From contig JAQTTP010000010.1 of assembly GCA_028710695.1 (NCBI GenBank), positions 1-26,241 of the forward strand: a stretch of DNA of 26,241 nucleotides. Reading direction: 5' to 3'. The position numbers and the translations under genes were made by a program. The notes under the pieces were generated by a model, which was not told the origin of the DNA, made no database searches, and was given only the letters and a program-made list of their open reading frames with translations. Positions 8,963 to 16,974 of this stretch are shown piece after piece. This DNA comes from Candidatus Iainarchaeum sp. (GTDB lineage: Archaea; Iainarchaeota; Iainarchaeia; Iainarchaeales; 0-14-0-20-30-16). Positions within the stretch are counted from its first letter, which is position 1. Every line of letters begins with the position of its first letter.

Positions 8963-9122
8963 TTTCTAATATCTATAGTAAATATCCCCTTGTTTTATAT
9001 ATTGATTTAGCATTCAGTAAACTAATGCAAAAAATCAAAAGACGTTAATTTTAACAACAAAAATAGTAATTACATTAAAAAAATATAATAAAAGTGGGGT
9101 TGGTCATTACGACACAAAGCCC

Positions 9123-10562
9123 TTATTGTTTATACTTTAACTCAAACAGTTTATCTTTCAAATCTTTTATCTTTATTCTATCCTGCTTTGTTGTCCAAGA
9201 GTCCCTTAAAGTTACTGCTTTATCTTTCAAAGAGTCATAATCAACAGTAATAGCATACCTTACTCCAATCTCGTCACTCTTTGCATATCTCTTCCCAACA
9301 CTTCCTTTGTCTTCATACAGCACATTAAACCCACAAGACTTAAGATCTTTATTTAGCTCTTCTGCAACTCCATCAATGCCATCCTTATTTACTAAAGGGT
9401 ACACCGCGCAATCATATGGACTTATTCCCGGATTTAAAGTAAGAACTACTTTCCCATTTATTTCTGTTAAGTTCTGGTCAATCAAACAATAAACTGTTCT
9501 GCCCAAACCTTTAGAAGTCTCGTAAATATGTGGGGTAAATTCCTTTTCTTCACCTTCTTCTTTAACAGAAAGGTTTTGCTTACTAAACTTTCCATGTCTG
9601 CTTAGGTCGTGGTCAGTTCTGTAATTATTTGCAGTTATTTCTACCCATCCTAAACTAGTCTCAACTTCAGTATCAAAAGTAAACGCAGAATAGAATGCTC
9701 TGTCATTTTCATCAACTTCTCTAAATCTTATTTTGTCTTTTTTGAAACCCATTGCTAAAAGCATATCATATTCTTGTAATAAATGAGCGGAAATTACATT
9801 ATGTAGAATTAATTTTTTGTCTTTTAATTCTTTAATTGTTACCTCTTTAAAAGTTCCATTTTTAAACAATATTGGAAGCTTTCTTTTTTCATCAACTTTG
9901 TAGTCATCTTTTTTTGGATTAAAGAATATTTCCACATCCATTTGCTCCATTTCTCTTACTCTTATTAATGCATTTCTTGGGGCGATTTCATTTCTAAAAG
10001 CCCTTCCTGCTTGGGCTATTCCCAAAGGAAGGCAGTTCTTTGTTTTATACATTCTGCTAAATGCCAAAAAAATATTCTGGCAAGCTTCTCCTCTTAAATA
10101 CCCCAATTCTTTTCCAGTTGCACCAAGGGATAAAGGGAACATCAAATTGAACTTCTCTGCTTTCCCGAATTTTCCTTTACATTTTTCACAAACAATTTTT
10201 TTATTAGCAATAATTTTATCAAATTCTTTAGTATCTGCGCTTTCTCCAAGTTCGGTACCAGCAAGCTTTGCAACAAGCTTGTCCGCTCTTTCTACAGACC
10301 CACATTTTGTACATTTTATTATTGGGTCATTTAAAGAACTTAGATGTCCTGATGCCTCAAAAACAATTTTTGGAAGAATACAAGACCCAGATATTTCTGT
10401 ATAATTATTATTTTCAACAGCGTACTTTCTCCAAAAAGTTCGCACATTATCAACAATCTTCAGCCCAATTGGTCCGTAGTCCCAAAGGCCTGCTGCACCA
10501 CCATAGATTTCCGCAGAAGGGAAAAATAAATTTCTTCTTAATGCAAGATTAACAATATCCAT
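9123..10562 (-). CDS. glyS: Glycyl-tRNA synthetase (alpha2-type class II)
   Basis: RRNLFFPSAEIYGGAAGLWDYGPIG, zinc-type Cys pairs CTKCG/CEKCK, LGYLRGEACQNIFLAF, GIAQAGRAFRNEIAPRNALIRVREMEQMD, VRYAITVDYDSLKDKAVTLRDS. Confidence 0.95.
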   Translation of the reverse strand: MDIVNLALRRNLFFPSAEIYGGAAGLWDYGPIGLKIVDNVRTFWRKYAVENNNYTEISGSCILPKIVFEASGHLSSLNDPIIKCTKCGSVERADKLVAKLAGTELGESADTKEFDKIIANKKIVCEKCKGKFGKAEKFNLMFPLSLGATGKELGYLRGEACQNIFLAFSRMYKTKNCLPLGIAQAGRAFRNEIAPRNALIRVREMEQMDVEIFFNPKKDDYKVDEKRKLPILFKNGTFKEVTIKELKDKKLILHNVISAHLLQEYDMLLAMGFKKDKIRFREVDENDRAFYSAFTFDTEVETSLGWVEITANNYRTDHDLSRHGKFSKQNLSVKEEGEEKEFTPHIYETSKGLGRTVYCLIDQNLTEINGKVVLTLNPGISPYDCAVYPLVNKDGIDGVAEELNKDLKSCGFNVLYEDKGSVGKRYAKSDEIGVRYAITVDYDSLKDKAVTLRDSWTTKQDRIKIKDLKDKLFELKYKQ

Positions 10563-10573
10563 CTAACTCACTC

Positions 10574-11794
10574 CTAAAATATGAACTTTAACATAATCGG
10601 CAATGCAACTAGTGATCCTATGGTTGCACCTATATTACATAATGCCACAATTAATAAAATTCTACTCACTCTGTTACGCCTTAACTCTTTGAATGAAAAC
10701 TTAACATTACTAAGCCCCAAAAAATCCTCAACTTTTGGTTTGTCCGCCCAAGTCTCTACCGCACCCGCAATCCAACCTGTTGCAATTAGCGGGTTTGCTA
10801 CTGCAAAAGGCGCAGAGAAAAATGCGGCAAGAATTGTGATTAATCTTGCCCCCGCAATTATTGCACTTATTGCAGAAAATACTGCAATCACAAGATAACA
10901 GGTGATCAACATAGTCAGGCCCACACCCAACCCTTTAGTCATAAAGCCATAAACAATTAATCCAATAAATAAAATAGGAACTAACCATTGTAAAAGTTTG
11001 AATTTTTTCTTTTTCCTTACTTTATTTAGCTCAGAAAGGTCTGCTTTTTTTCCGGCCTTTAGATTCTTTTCAATGCCTTCTAAATGCCCTGCACCAACAA
11101 TAGTCAGCACTTTATCTGCCTTTATTCCTCTAATTTTTTCAGAAATAAATTGGTCTCTCTCGTCCACCAAAACCTCTTTCAAGTGTGGGAACTGTTTTAC
11201 CATCTCTTCCATTGCTTGGTTAATCAGATCTTGATTTTTCATTTCCTCTATCTTTTCAGGTGTAATTTGATCTTCCATCTTAAAAAATGACAAAAAGAAG
11301 AAGTACAGCATTTTGAATTTTTCTATAAAATTTAGTTTAAGCATTGCCCTCTTAAGAGTTACCTGCACATCCCGGTCTGCAAGCACAATTGGGATTCCAG
11401 CTGCTTTTGCAATACCGTAGGCCTCTAACATTTCTTGGCCAGGCATAACCCCTACCTTTTCACCCATTTTTTTCTGAAGATTAGCCAGATACAGATTCAA
11501 CAAAAACAAGTATACATTTCCGCTTTTTATAACCTCAAAAATATTCATTTGCTTCCAAGCCTGCTGATTAGTTAACTTATGTAATCTTGCCTCACAAAGT
11601 TCAATAGCAATAACATCTGGTTTTTCCTTATTAATAACTTCTTTTATTTGCTTCACACTGTCTTTAGAAATATGTGCAGTTCCAAGTAAAACGTGCTTAG
11701 TACTAGTATTATTTGGCCCAGAGATAGTAACTGTTCGTATTAGGTTTGTACTTTTTTTTGGCTTCTTAACCACAGTTGTCTTTTTTTCTGGCAT
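10574..11794 (-). CDS. TraB/PrgY-family membrane protein
   Basis: HVLLGTAHISKDSVKQIKEVI, VIAIELCEARL, VVGAGHLEGI-like segment, four or more C-terminal TM helices. Start reset to ATG 11794 (MPEKKTTVV) because the longer ORF call runs through a tRNA gene. Confidence 0.88.
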   Translation of the reverse strand: MPEKKTTVVKKPKKSTNLIRTVTISGPNNTSTKHVLLGTAHISKDSVKQIKEVINKEKPDVIAIELCEARLHKLTNQQAWKQMNIFEVIKSGNVYLFLLNLYLANLQKKMGEKVGVMPGQEMLEAYGIAKAAGIPIVLADRDVQVTLKRAMLKLNFIEKFKMLYFFFLSFFKMEDQITPEKIEEMKNQDLINQAMEEMVKQFPHLKEVLVDERDQFISEKIRGIKADKVLTIVGAGHLEGIEKNLKAGKKADLSELNKVRKKKKFKLLQWLVPILFIGLIVYGFMTKGLGVGLTMLITCYLVIAVFSAISAIIAGARLITILAAFFSAPFAVANPLIATGWIAGAVETWADKPKVEDFLGLSNVKFSFKELRRNRVSRILLIVALCNIGATIGSLVALPIMLKFIF

Positions 11795-11852
11795 AGTATT
11801 CACTAAATCCACAAATTGTTTATTAGATAATAAATATATAACAATTACTTGA

Positions 11853-11864
11853 TTATATATATAA
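11853..11864 (+). promoter_or_regulatory. TATA box for tRNA-Gln
   Basis: TTATATATATAAA about 60 nt upstream of the mature tRNA 5' end. Confidence 0.4.
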
Positions 11865-11921
11865 ACGATTGCAAGTAGGCAAAGGACAGCATAAGTTAGG
11901 TAAAAGGCATAAGAAACAAAA

Positions 11922-11994
11922 AGCCCCGTAGTGTAGCGGCCTATCAGTAGAGGCTCTGGACCTCTAAACCTGGGTTCAAATCCCAGCGGGGCTA
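11922..11994 (+). tRNA. tRNA-Gln (anticodon CTG)
   Basis: Acceptor stem AGCCCCG/CGGGGCT (7 bp), anticodon arm AGAGG-CTCTGGA-CCTCT, T arm CTGGG-TTCAAAT-CCCAG, discriminator A; no intron. Confidence 0.93.
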
Positions 11995-12000
11995 TCTTTT

Positions 12001-12020
12001 CTTTCTTTTCCAAAAGAAAG
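12001..12020. repeat. Perfect 9-bp inverted repeat just 3' of tRNA-Gln
   Basis: CTTTCTTTT CC AAAAGAAAG. Confidence 0.75.
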
Positions 12021-12050
12021 AAAACCTAAGTTCGCTAAAGAAAGAAAAGG

Positions 12051-12067
12051 GTGGGCACAAGGCCCAC
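12051..12067. repeat. GC-rich 6-bp hairpin
   Basis: GTGGGC-ACAAG-GCCCAC in otherwise AT-rich intergenic DNA. Confidence 0.6.
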
Positions 12068-12167
12068 GTGAATTGGAAAAATAATATAACAAAAGAAGAG
12101 ATTAAAGACTGGACAAATTGTTTGTTCGGCATAAAGAGGGTGTACAAAGATTTGGTAACCTATTAGG

Positions 12168-12926
12168 ATGTTAGTGATAAAAATGGATGTTTCAAGATTA
12201 TTTGGGGAAAAGTTCAAAGCCAGCATAAATAATTTTGAAAGAACTAGAAAGATCTACCGCGAAGTTTTTGATAACAGGCTTTATATCTCAATTTCTAAAC
12301 TATACTCAAAAAAAGTACTAGATACAATGGAGGGTCTAATCTCAACAGGAAAAGAAGCGAATGTATTTTTGGCCCACAAAAATGATAAAAAAATTGTATT
12401 GAAAATCTTTAGAAGAGAAACAACCTCTTTTTCAAAATTCTTGGAATATGTTGAAAGCGACCCTCGATTCCCAGTAATCAAAAAAAATAGGGCTATGATT
12501 TCTAATCTTATGGCGCAAAAAGAATTTAGAAACCTAAAGGTGGCAGCAAAGGCGGGGTGCCTAGTTCCTGAACCAATTAAATTTATTGATAATATAGTAG
12601 CAATGGGTTGTGTTGGAGACCCAGAAATAACATTAGACAAATTAAACAAGGCAGAGATTGAAGCAAACAAAGAGATAATTTTCAGGGGCATTGAAGACAA
12701 TATGAAAGCCTTAAAAAAAGGTAGGCTTGTGCATGGCGATTTGTCTGAGTATAATATTATATTCTGGAAAGATGTTTACTTTATAGATATGTCGCAATCA
12801 ACAACTTATGACAATCCACGAGCAAAAAAGTTTTATTTAAGAGATTTACAAAACATAAAGAAATTATTTGAAAAATACAAATACAAATCAGAGTTTGTAG
12901 AAAAAGAAATCGAGGGATTAATATGA
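12168..12926 (+). CDS. rio1: RIO1-type serine/threonine protein kinase
   Basis: GLISTGKEANVFLAH, VLKIFRRET, LVHGDLSEYNIIF, VYFIDMSQS. ATG 12183 is an alternative start. Confidence 0.93.
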   Translation: MLVIKMDVSRLFGEKFKASINNFERTRKIYREVFDNRLYISISKLYSKKVLDTMEGLISTGKEANVFLAHKNDKKIVLKIFRRETTSFSKFLEYVESDPRFPVIKKNRAMISNLMAQKEFRNLKVAAKAGCLVPEPIKFIDNIVAMGCVGDPEITLDKLNKAEIEANKEIIFRGIEDNMKALKKGRLVHGDLSEYNIIFWKDVYFIDMSQSTTYDNPRAKKFYLRDLQNIKKLFEKYKYKSEFVEKEIEGLI

Positions 12927-13444
12927 ATACTTATTTGAAAATACCTATGGACCGAGTTCCAATCCTAATTGGAAAAAAGGGTGAAACAAGAAAAAGATTA
13001 GAAGAGATCACTCTTGCAAAAATAGAGGTAGACAGCCAAACTGGTGATGTAAACCTAGAAAAAAAGGAAGCAAACCCACTAACTTTTTATAAACTTGAAA
13101 GTGTGATAAAAGCAATTGGAAGAGGCTTTTCTCCAGACCATGCACTTTACCTATTAGATGATGATTATGTTCTGTGGCTAACTGATCTTACTGAATATGC
13201 AAAATCAGAAAAATCCAGAGAGACCAAAAGGTCAAGAGTCATTGGCACAAAAGGGGCAGTAAGGCAGTATATAGAAGATACTACTTCTTGTTTTATATCT
13301 GTTCAAGGAAAAACAGTTGCAATAATTGGAAAAGAACCAACTCTATCTATTGCAATTGATTCTGTTGGCAGACTTCTACAAGGTTCAGAGATACAAGCAG
13401 TGAAGACATTTGTAAAGAAAGCAATACTAAAACAGAAGAGTTGA
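12923..13444 (+). CDS. KH-domain RNA-binding protein (archaeal Dim2/Pno1-like)
   Basis: IPMDRVPILIGKKGETRKRLEEIT first KH, VIGTKGAVRQYIEDTTSCFISVQGKTVAIIG second KH; 4-bp overlap with rio1. Confidence 0.88.
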   Translation: MNTYLKIPMDRVPILIGKKGETRKRLEEITLAKIEVDSQTGDVNLEKKEANPLTFYKLESVIKAIGRGFSPDHALYLLDDDYVLWLTDLTEYAKSEKSRETKRSRVIGTKGAVRQYIEDTTSCFISVQGKTVAIIGKEPTLSIAIDSVGRLLQGSEIQAVKTFVKKAILKQKS

Positions 13445-13448
13445 TAAT

Positions 13449-15122
13449 ATGTCCGAAGACAAATTCTCTGCAAGTTTTAAGGAAAGCTCAGTTGCTGAAT
13501 TCTTTAAAAGAAACAGACAGATGTTGGGGCTTTATGGAAAGCTTAGATCTCTGACAACGGTAATTGCAGAATATGTTTGTAATTCTTTGGATGCTTGTGA
13601 AGAAGCAGGGATTCTTCCTGAAATAATAGTGAAAATAATTCCTTTGGGGGAAGAACATTATGAAGTCCATGTTATTGATAATGGCCCAGGAATCCCAAAA
13701 GATAAAGTAGGCAAAGCTCTAGGAAAACTTTTAGCAGGAACCAAATTCCACAGGCTAATACAAACAAGAGGACAGCAAGGTATTGGTGCAAGTGGATGTA
13801 TATTATTAAGCCAAGTGACTACTGGAAAGCCATCAAAAATAATTTCTGGAACTGGCGGAAAGCCCTTGTATATGGAACTTGAGATAGATACTGCGAAAAA
13901 CGAGCCAAAAATAAAGCTACAAAAAGAATTGGATTATGATTATCGGGGCATTGCGGTTAAGTCAGAATTCAAAGAAGTGAATTACCAGAACAGCAGCCAG
14001 AATGCTTTAGAATACCTAAAAAGAACCGCAATTGCAAACCCACATGCAACAATAAAATATACTGATCCTTTTAACAACACTTACATTTTTGAAAGATCGA
14101 GCGGATATATTCCAAAAACCCCAAAAGAAATCAAGCCGCACATAAAATGCATAACTGTTGATGAATTAAAAACCCTTGCAAAAGACCACTCAAAAAAGAC
14201 TATTGCTGGGCTATTCAAACAAGAGTTTGACAGGGTTGGAGACAAAGTAATCAAAGACATAAATTCCCTGTTGGATTTCGATATCTCAAAAGTAACTATG
14301 TCAAAAGCAAATTGGGAAATGTTTGAAAAGGTAGTAAAAGCTATTGACAAGACAAAAACTTTTGCACCAAGGCTTGACACCTTAATCCCAATTGAAGAAA
14401 AGTACTTAGAGGAATCTCTAAGAAAAATTATAAAGCCAGAATTTTTATCTGTACTATCTAGAAAGCCAACAGTATATCATGGCGGTTATCCAATACAAAT
14501 AGAAGTTGCTATTGCTTATGGCGGAGATGCAGGTCAGACATTAGCAAACAACGAAAAAAAGCTTGAGCTTATGCGTTTTGCTAATAGGGCCCCATTGCTT
14601 TTTGATGCCGGTGCTTGTGGAATCACAAAAGCAGTGAACTCTATAGAGTGGAGAAGATACGGTCTAAAAGATATTGAAAACCTTCCACTTTCTATTTTAG
14701 TAAATCTTTCATCTGTTCATATACCTTACACAAGCGCAGGAAAGCAGGCAATAGCAGAAGAGGAAGAAATTGTAGAAGAAATAAGAAAAGCGCTAATGAC
14801 TGCAGCAAGATCTCTTGGATTACACTTGTCCAAGAAAAGGCACCTAGAAACAAAAATGAAGAAAAGAGGGATATTCCTGAACTATGCAAAAGAGGTTGCT
14901 GAAGGCCTACATTTGCTGACAGATAGAAACAAGAAAGAGCTTATTGATAAATTAGAAGACATTATTACTAAAAAATTACAGATAGAAGAAATGAATGAAC
15001 AAGAAGAATCTGAAGACATAAGCGAAGGCGAAATCCCTGAAGATGCAGAAGAGAAAAAAAGTAAAGGTAAAAAAGATAAAATAACAGATTATTTTGAGGC
15101 AGATGGTGATCACGATGAGTGA
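13449..15122 (+). CDS. top6B: DNA topoisomerase VI subunit B
   Basis: GHKL motifs EYVCNSLDACEE, VIDNGPGIP, GQQGIGASGCIL; VHIPYTSAGKQAIAEEEEIVEEIRKALMTAARSLGLHLSKK. Confidence 0.96.
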   Translation: MSEDKFSASFKESSVAEFFKRNRQMLGLYGKLRSLTTVIAEYVCNSLDACEEAGILPEIIVKIIPLGEEHYEVHVIDNGPGIPKDKVGKALGKLLAGTKFHRLIQTRGQQGIGASGCILLSQVTTGKPSKIISGTGGKPLYMELEIDTAKNEPKIKLQKELDYDYRGIAVKSEFKEVNYQNSSQNALEYLKRTAIANPHATIKYTDPFNNTYIFERSSGYIPKTPKEIKPHIKCITVDELKTLAKDHSKKTIAGLFKQEFDRVGDKVIKDINSLLDFDISKVTMSKANWEMFEKVVKAIDKTKTFAPRLDTLIPIEEKYLEESLRKIIKPEFLSVLSRKPTVYHGGYPIQIEVAIAYGGDAGQTLANNEKKLELMRFANRAPLLFDAGACGITKAVNSIEWRRYGLKDIENLPLSILVNLSSVHIPYTSAGKQAIAEEEEIVEEIRKALMTAARSLGLHLSKKRHLETKMKKRGIFLNYAKEVAEGLHLLTDRNKKELIDKLEDIITKKLQIEEMNEQEESEDISEGEIPEDAEEKKSKGKKDKITDYFEADGDHDE

Positions 15123-16200
15123 TACTGTAAAGAAAATCGAAAAATTAGGTACAGAAATTACTAAACAGATCGATGAGGGGAAAGAACCAAACTATTCCAT
15201 CCCAGTTAGATCTTTAGGGAATGTTTATTATGATAAAGTTTCCAAAACTATCAAGCTTGGAGACAAAGAAAGCAAAAGGCACTTTTTGAACATAGGGCAT
15301 GCAAGAAAATTCATGCAGACAATCCTTGTTGCTTCAGAAGTAAAAAACTTAATAAAGCACGGAGCAACAACTTCAATCAGAGATCTATACTATGCACTAA
15401 AACACACAATCGAAGGCACAAAAGAAAATGTTTTTGAAGATCAGTCAGAATCAGACCCTCTTATTGAGGACTTAGAAGCATCTCTTGGGCTGCTAAGAGA
15501 AGAACTACATTTAACAGCATCTACAAAAGGAATAATTGCTGGAAAAATGACTGTCAAAGATGGAAAAGACACAATTGATTTAGCAAGAATGGGTTCTGGT
15601 GGTTGGGGTGTCCCATCTAATGTTGAGCCAGAGAAAATAGAGATCAAAGACCTAGATGCAGAATATGTGCTGTTCATAGAGAAAGATGCGGTGTGGAAAA
15701 GGTTCAATGAGGACCAATTCTGGAAAAAGCACAAGTGTATTATTATCACTGGAAAAGGACAGCCAGCAAGAGCAGAGAGAAGGCTTGTTCAGAGGTTGAA
15801 CAAAGAGTATAAACTCCCTGTTTATGCCTTAATGGATGCTGATCCATGGGGGATGTATATTTATTCAGTAATAAAGCAAGGCTCTATTTCATTGAGTTAT
15901 TCTGAAGAGAAGCTTGCAACCCCAGATACAAAGTATCTTGGTCTTATGATTTCTGATGTTGACAAGTATAAGATTCCAAGCAATGTAACTATTAAGCTTA
16001 ATTTGCAAGATATAAAAAGAATAAAAGAAATGAAAGAATATCCTTGGTTCAAGAAAGACAAAGGCTGGCAGAAAGAGTTTGATTTAATGAAGCAAAGGAA
16101 CTACAAACTAGAATTGGAAGCCTTAAGTAGAAAAGGGATTAGGTTCATAACCGAAGAGTACCTGCCACACAAGATAGAAACCAGGGATTTTTTAGGATAA
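15115..16200 (+). CDS. top6A: DNA topoisomerase VI subunit A (Spo11-like)
   Basis: SIRDLYYALKHTI (catalytic Tyr region), Toprim VYALMDADPWGMYIYSVIKQGS, YLGLMISDVDKY. Start ATG 15115 overlaps the top6B 3' end. Confidence 0.96.
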   Translation: MSDTVKKIEKLGTEITKQIDEGKEPNYSIPVRSLGNVYYDKVSKTIKLGDKESKRHFLNIGHARKFMQTILVASEVKNLIKHGATTSIRDLYYALKHTIEGTKENVFEDQSESDPLIEDLEASLGLLREELHLTASTKGIIAGKMTVKDGKDTIDLARMGSGGWGVPSNVEPEKIEIKDLDAEYVLFIEKDAVWKRFNEDQFWKKHKCIIITGKGQPARAERRLVQRLNKEYKLPVYALMDADPWGMYIYSVIKQGSISLSYSEEKLATPDTKYLGLMISDVDKYKIPSNVTIKLNLQDIKRIKEMKEYPWFKKDKGWQKEFDLMKQRNYKLELEALSRKGIRFITEEYLPHKIETRDFLG

Positions 16201-16234
16201 TCTAGTTAAAAACCGATATATTCCAAATATTATT

Positions 16235-16738
16235 ATGGAATTCTCTTTTGACAACTATTTTGTTAGGCAAATGGAATTAAAGGATCTACAGAATATTGTC
16301 TCTAATGCTAAAGATCCAGAAATTGCCAATAACAACATGGTTGTTAAAAAATACAACACACTTGCAAAAGCGAAGAAATACATTGAAAAGATGCAAGATA
16401 AAGAAGCAACAGCAACAGGGTATGAACTAGTTATTGAAGACCAAGAGCATAACTTTGTGGGTGTCTTGAGTTTACATCATATGGATTACAAAAAAGGAAC
16501 TGGCTACATAGGGTATTGGTTAACAAAATCCAACTGGGGTAAAGGAATAGCCACCAAGGCCCTAAAGCATCTTCTTCCTTTTGCCTTTGATTATCTTGGT
16601 TTGAAGAAGATTTACGCAAAGACTCTTATCTCAAACACAAAGTCCCAAGGAGTTCTAGAGCGAGCAGGGTTCAAAGTAATTGGAAAGAGTGGCAAAGCTC
16701 CAGAAGAATACTACTTTTATGAATTGAATTGCAAATAA
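16235..16738 (+). CDS. GNAT-family N-acetyltransferase (RimJ/RimL-like)
   Basis: VGVLSLHHMDYKKGTGYIGYWLTKSNWGKGIATKALKHLLPFAF, LISNTKSQGVLERAGFKVIG. Confidence 0.88.
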   Translation: MEFSFDNYFVRQMELKDLQNIVSNAKDPEIANNNMVVKKYNTLAKAKKYIEKMQDKEATATGYELVIEDQEHNFVGVLSLHHMDYKKGTGYIGYWLTKSNWGKGIATKALKHLLPFAFDYLGLKKIYAKTLISNTKSQGVLERAGFKVIGKSGKAPEEYYFYELNCK

Positions 16739-16799
16739 GACTTAAAATATTAGATATTTTTATAATTTCTCTCTATCTAAGATATATTGGGTGCCGGTT

Positions 16800-16970
16800 A
16801 TGGATCGCAATATGAAGATTTTGCTTATTGTGGTAATTGGTTTTTTTGCGATCTACTGGATAATACAAAATTTTTCTTCAATTTCTTTCAAAACAACAAG
16901 CACATTTTCAACAGCAATAATAATTGCTTTCTTCATCCTACTGTTCATATTTATGAGCAGAAACAAGTAA
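16800..16970 (+). CDS. Small membrane protein with two predicted TM segments, not in the supplied track
   Basis: Reads MDRNMKILLIVVIGFFAIYWIIQNFSSISFKTTSTFSTAIIIAFFILLFIFMSRNK*; preferred over the overlapping track ORF 16787..17026, which is Phe/Asn/Cys-rich. Confidence 0.6.
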   Translation: MDRNMKILLIVVIGFFAIYWIIQNFSSISFKTTSTFSTAIIIAFFILLFIFMSRNK

Positions 16971-16974
16971 ACCT

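Noticed and set aside
10147-10552. Plus-strand ORFs of 85 and 94 aa
   Set aside because: Antisense to glyS, which is unambiguous.
10581-11290. Plus-strand ORFs of 105, 78 and 68 aa
   Set aside because: Antisense to the TraB-family gene.
12035-12226. 63-aa minus-strand ORF upstream of rio1
   Set aside because: Overlaps the rio1 start, no SD or recognisable domain; more likely chance in an intergenic region.
14081-15749. Minus-strand ORFs within top6B/top6A
   Set aside because: Antisense to highly conserved topoisomerase VI genes.
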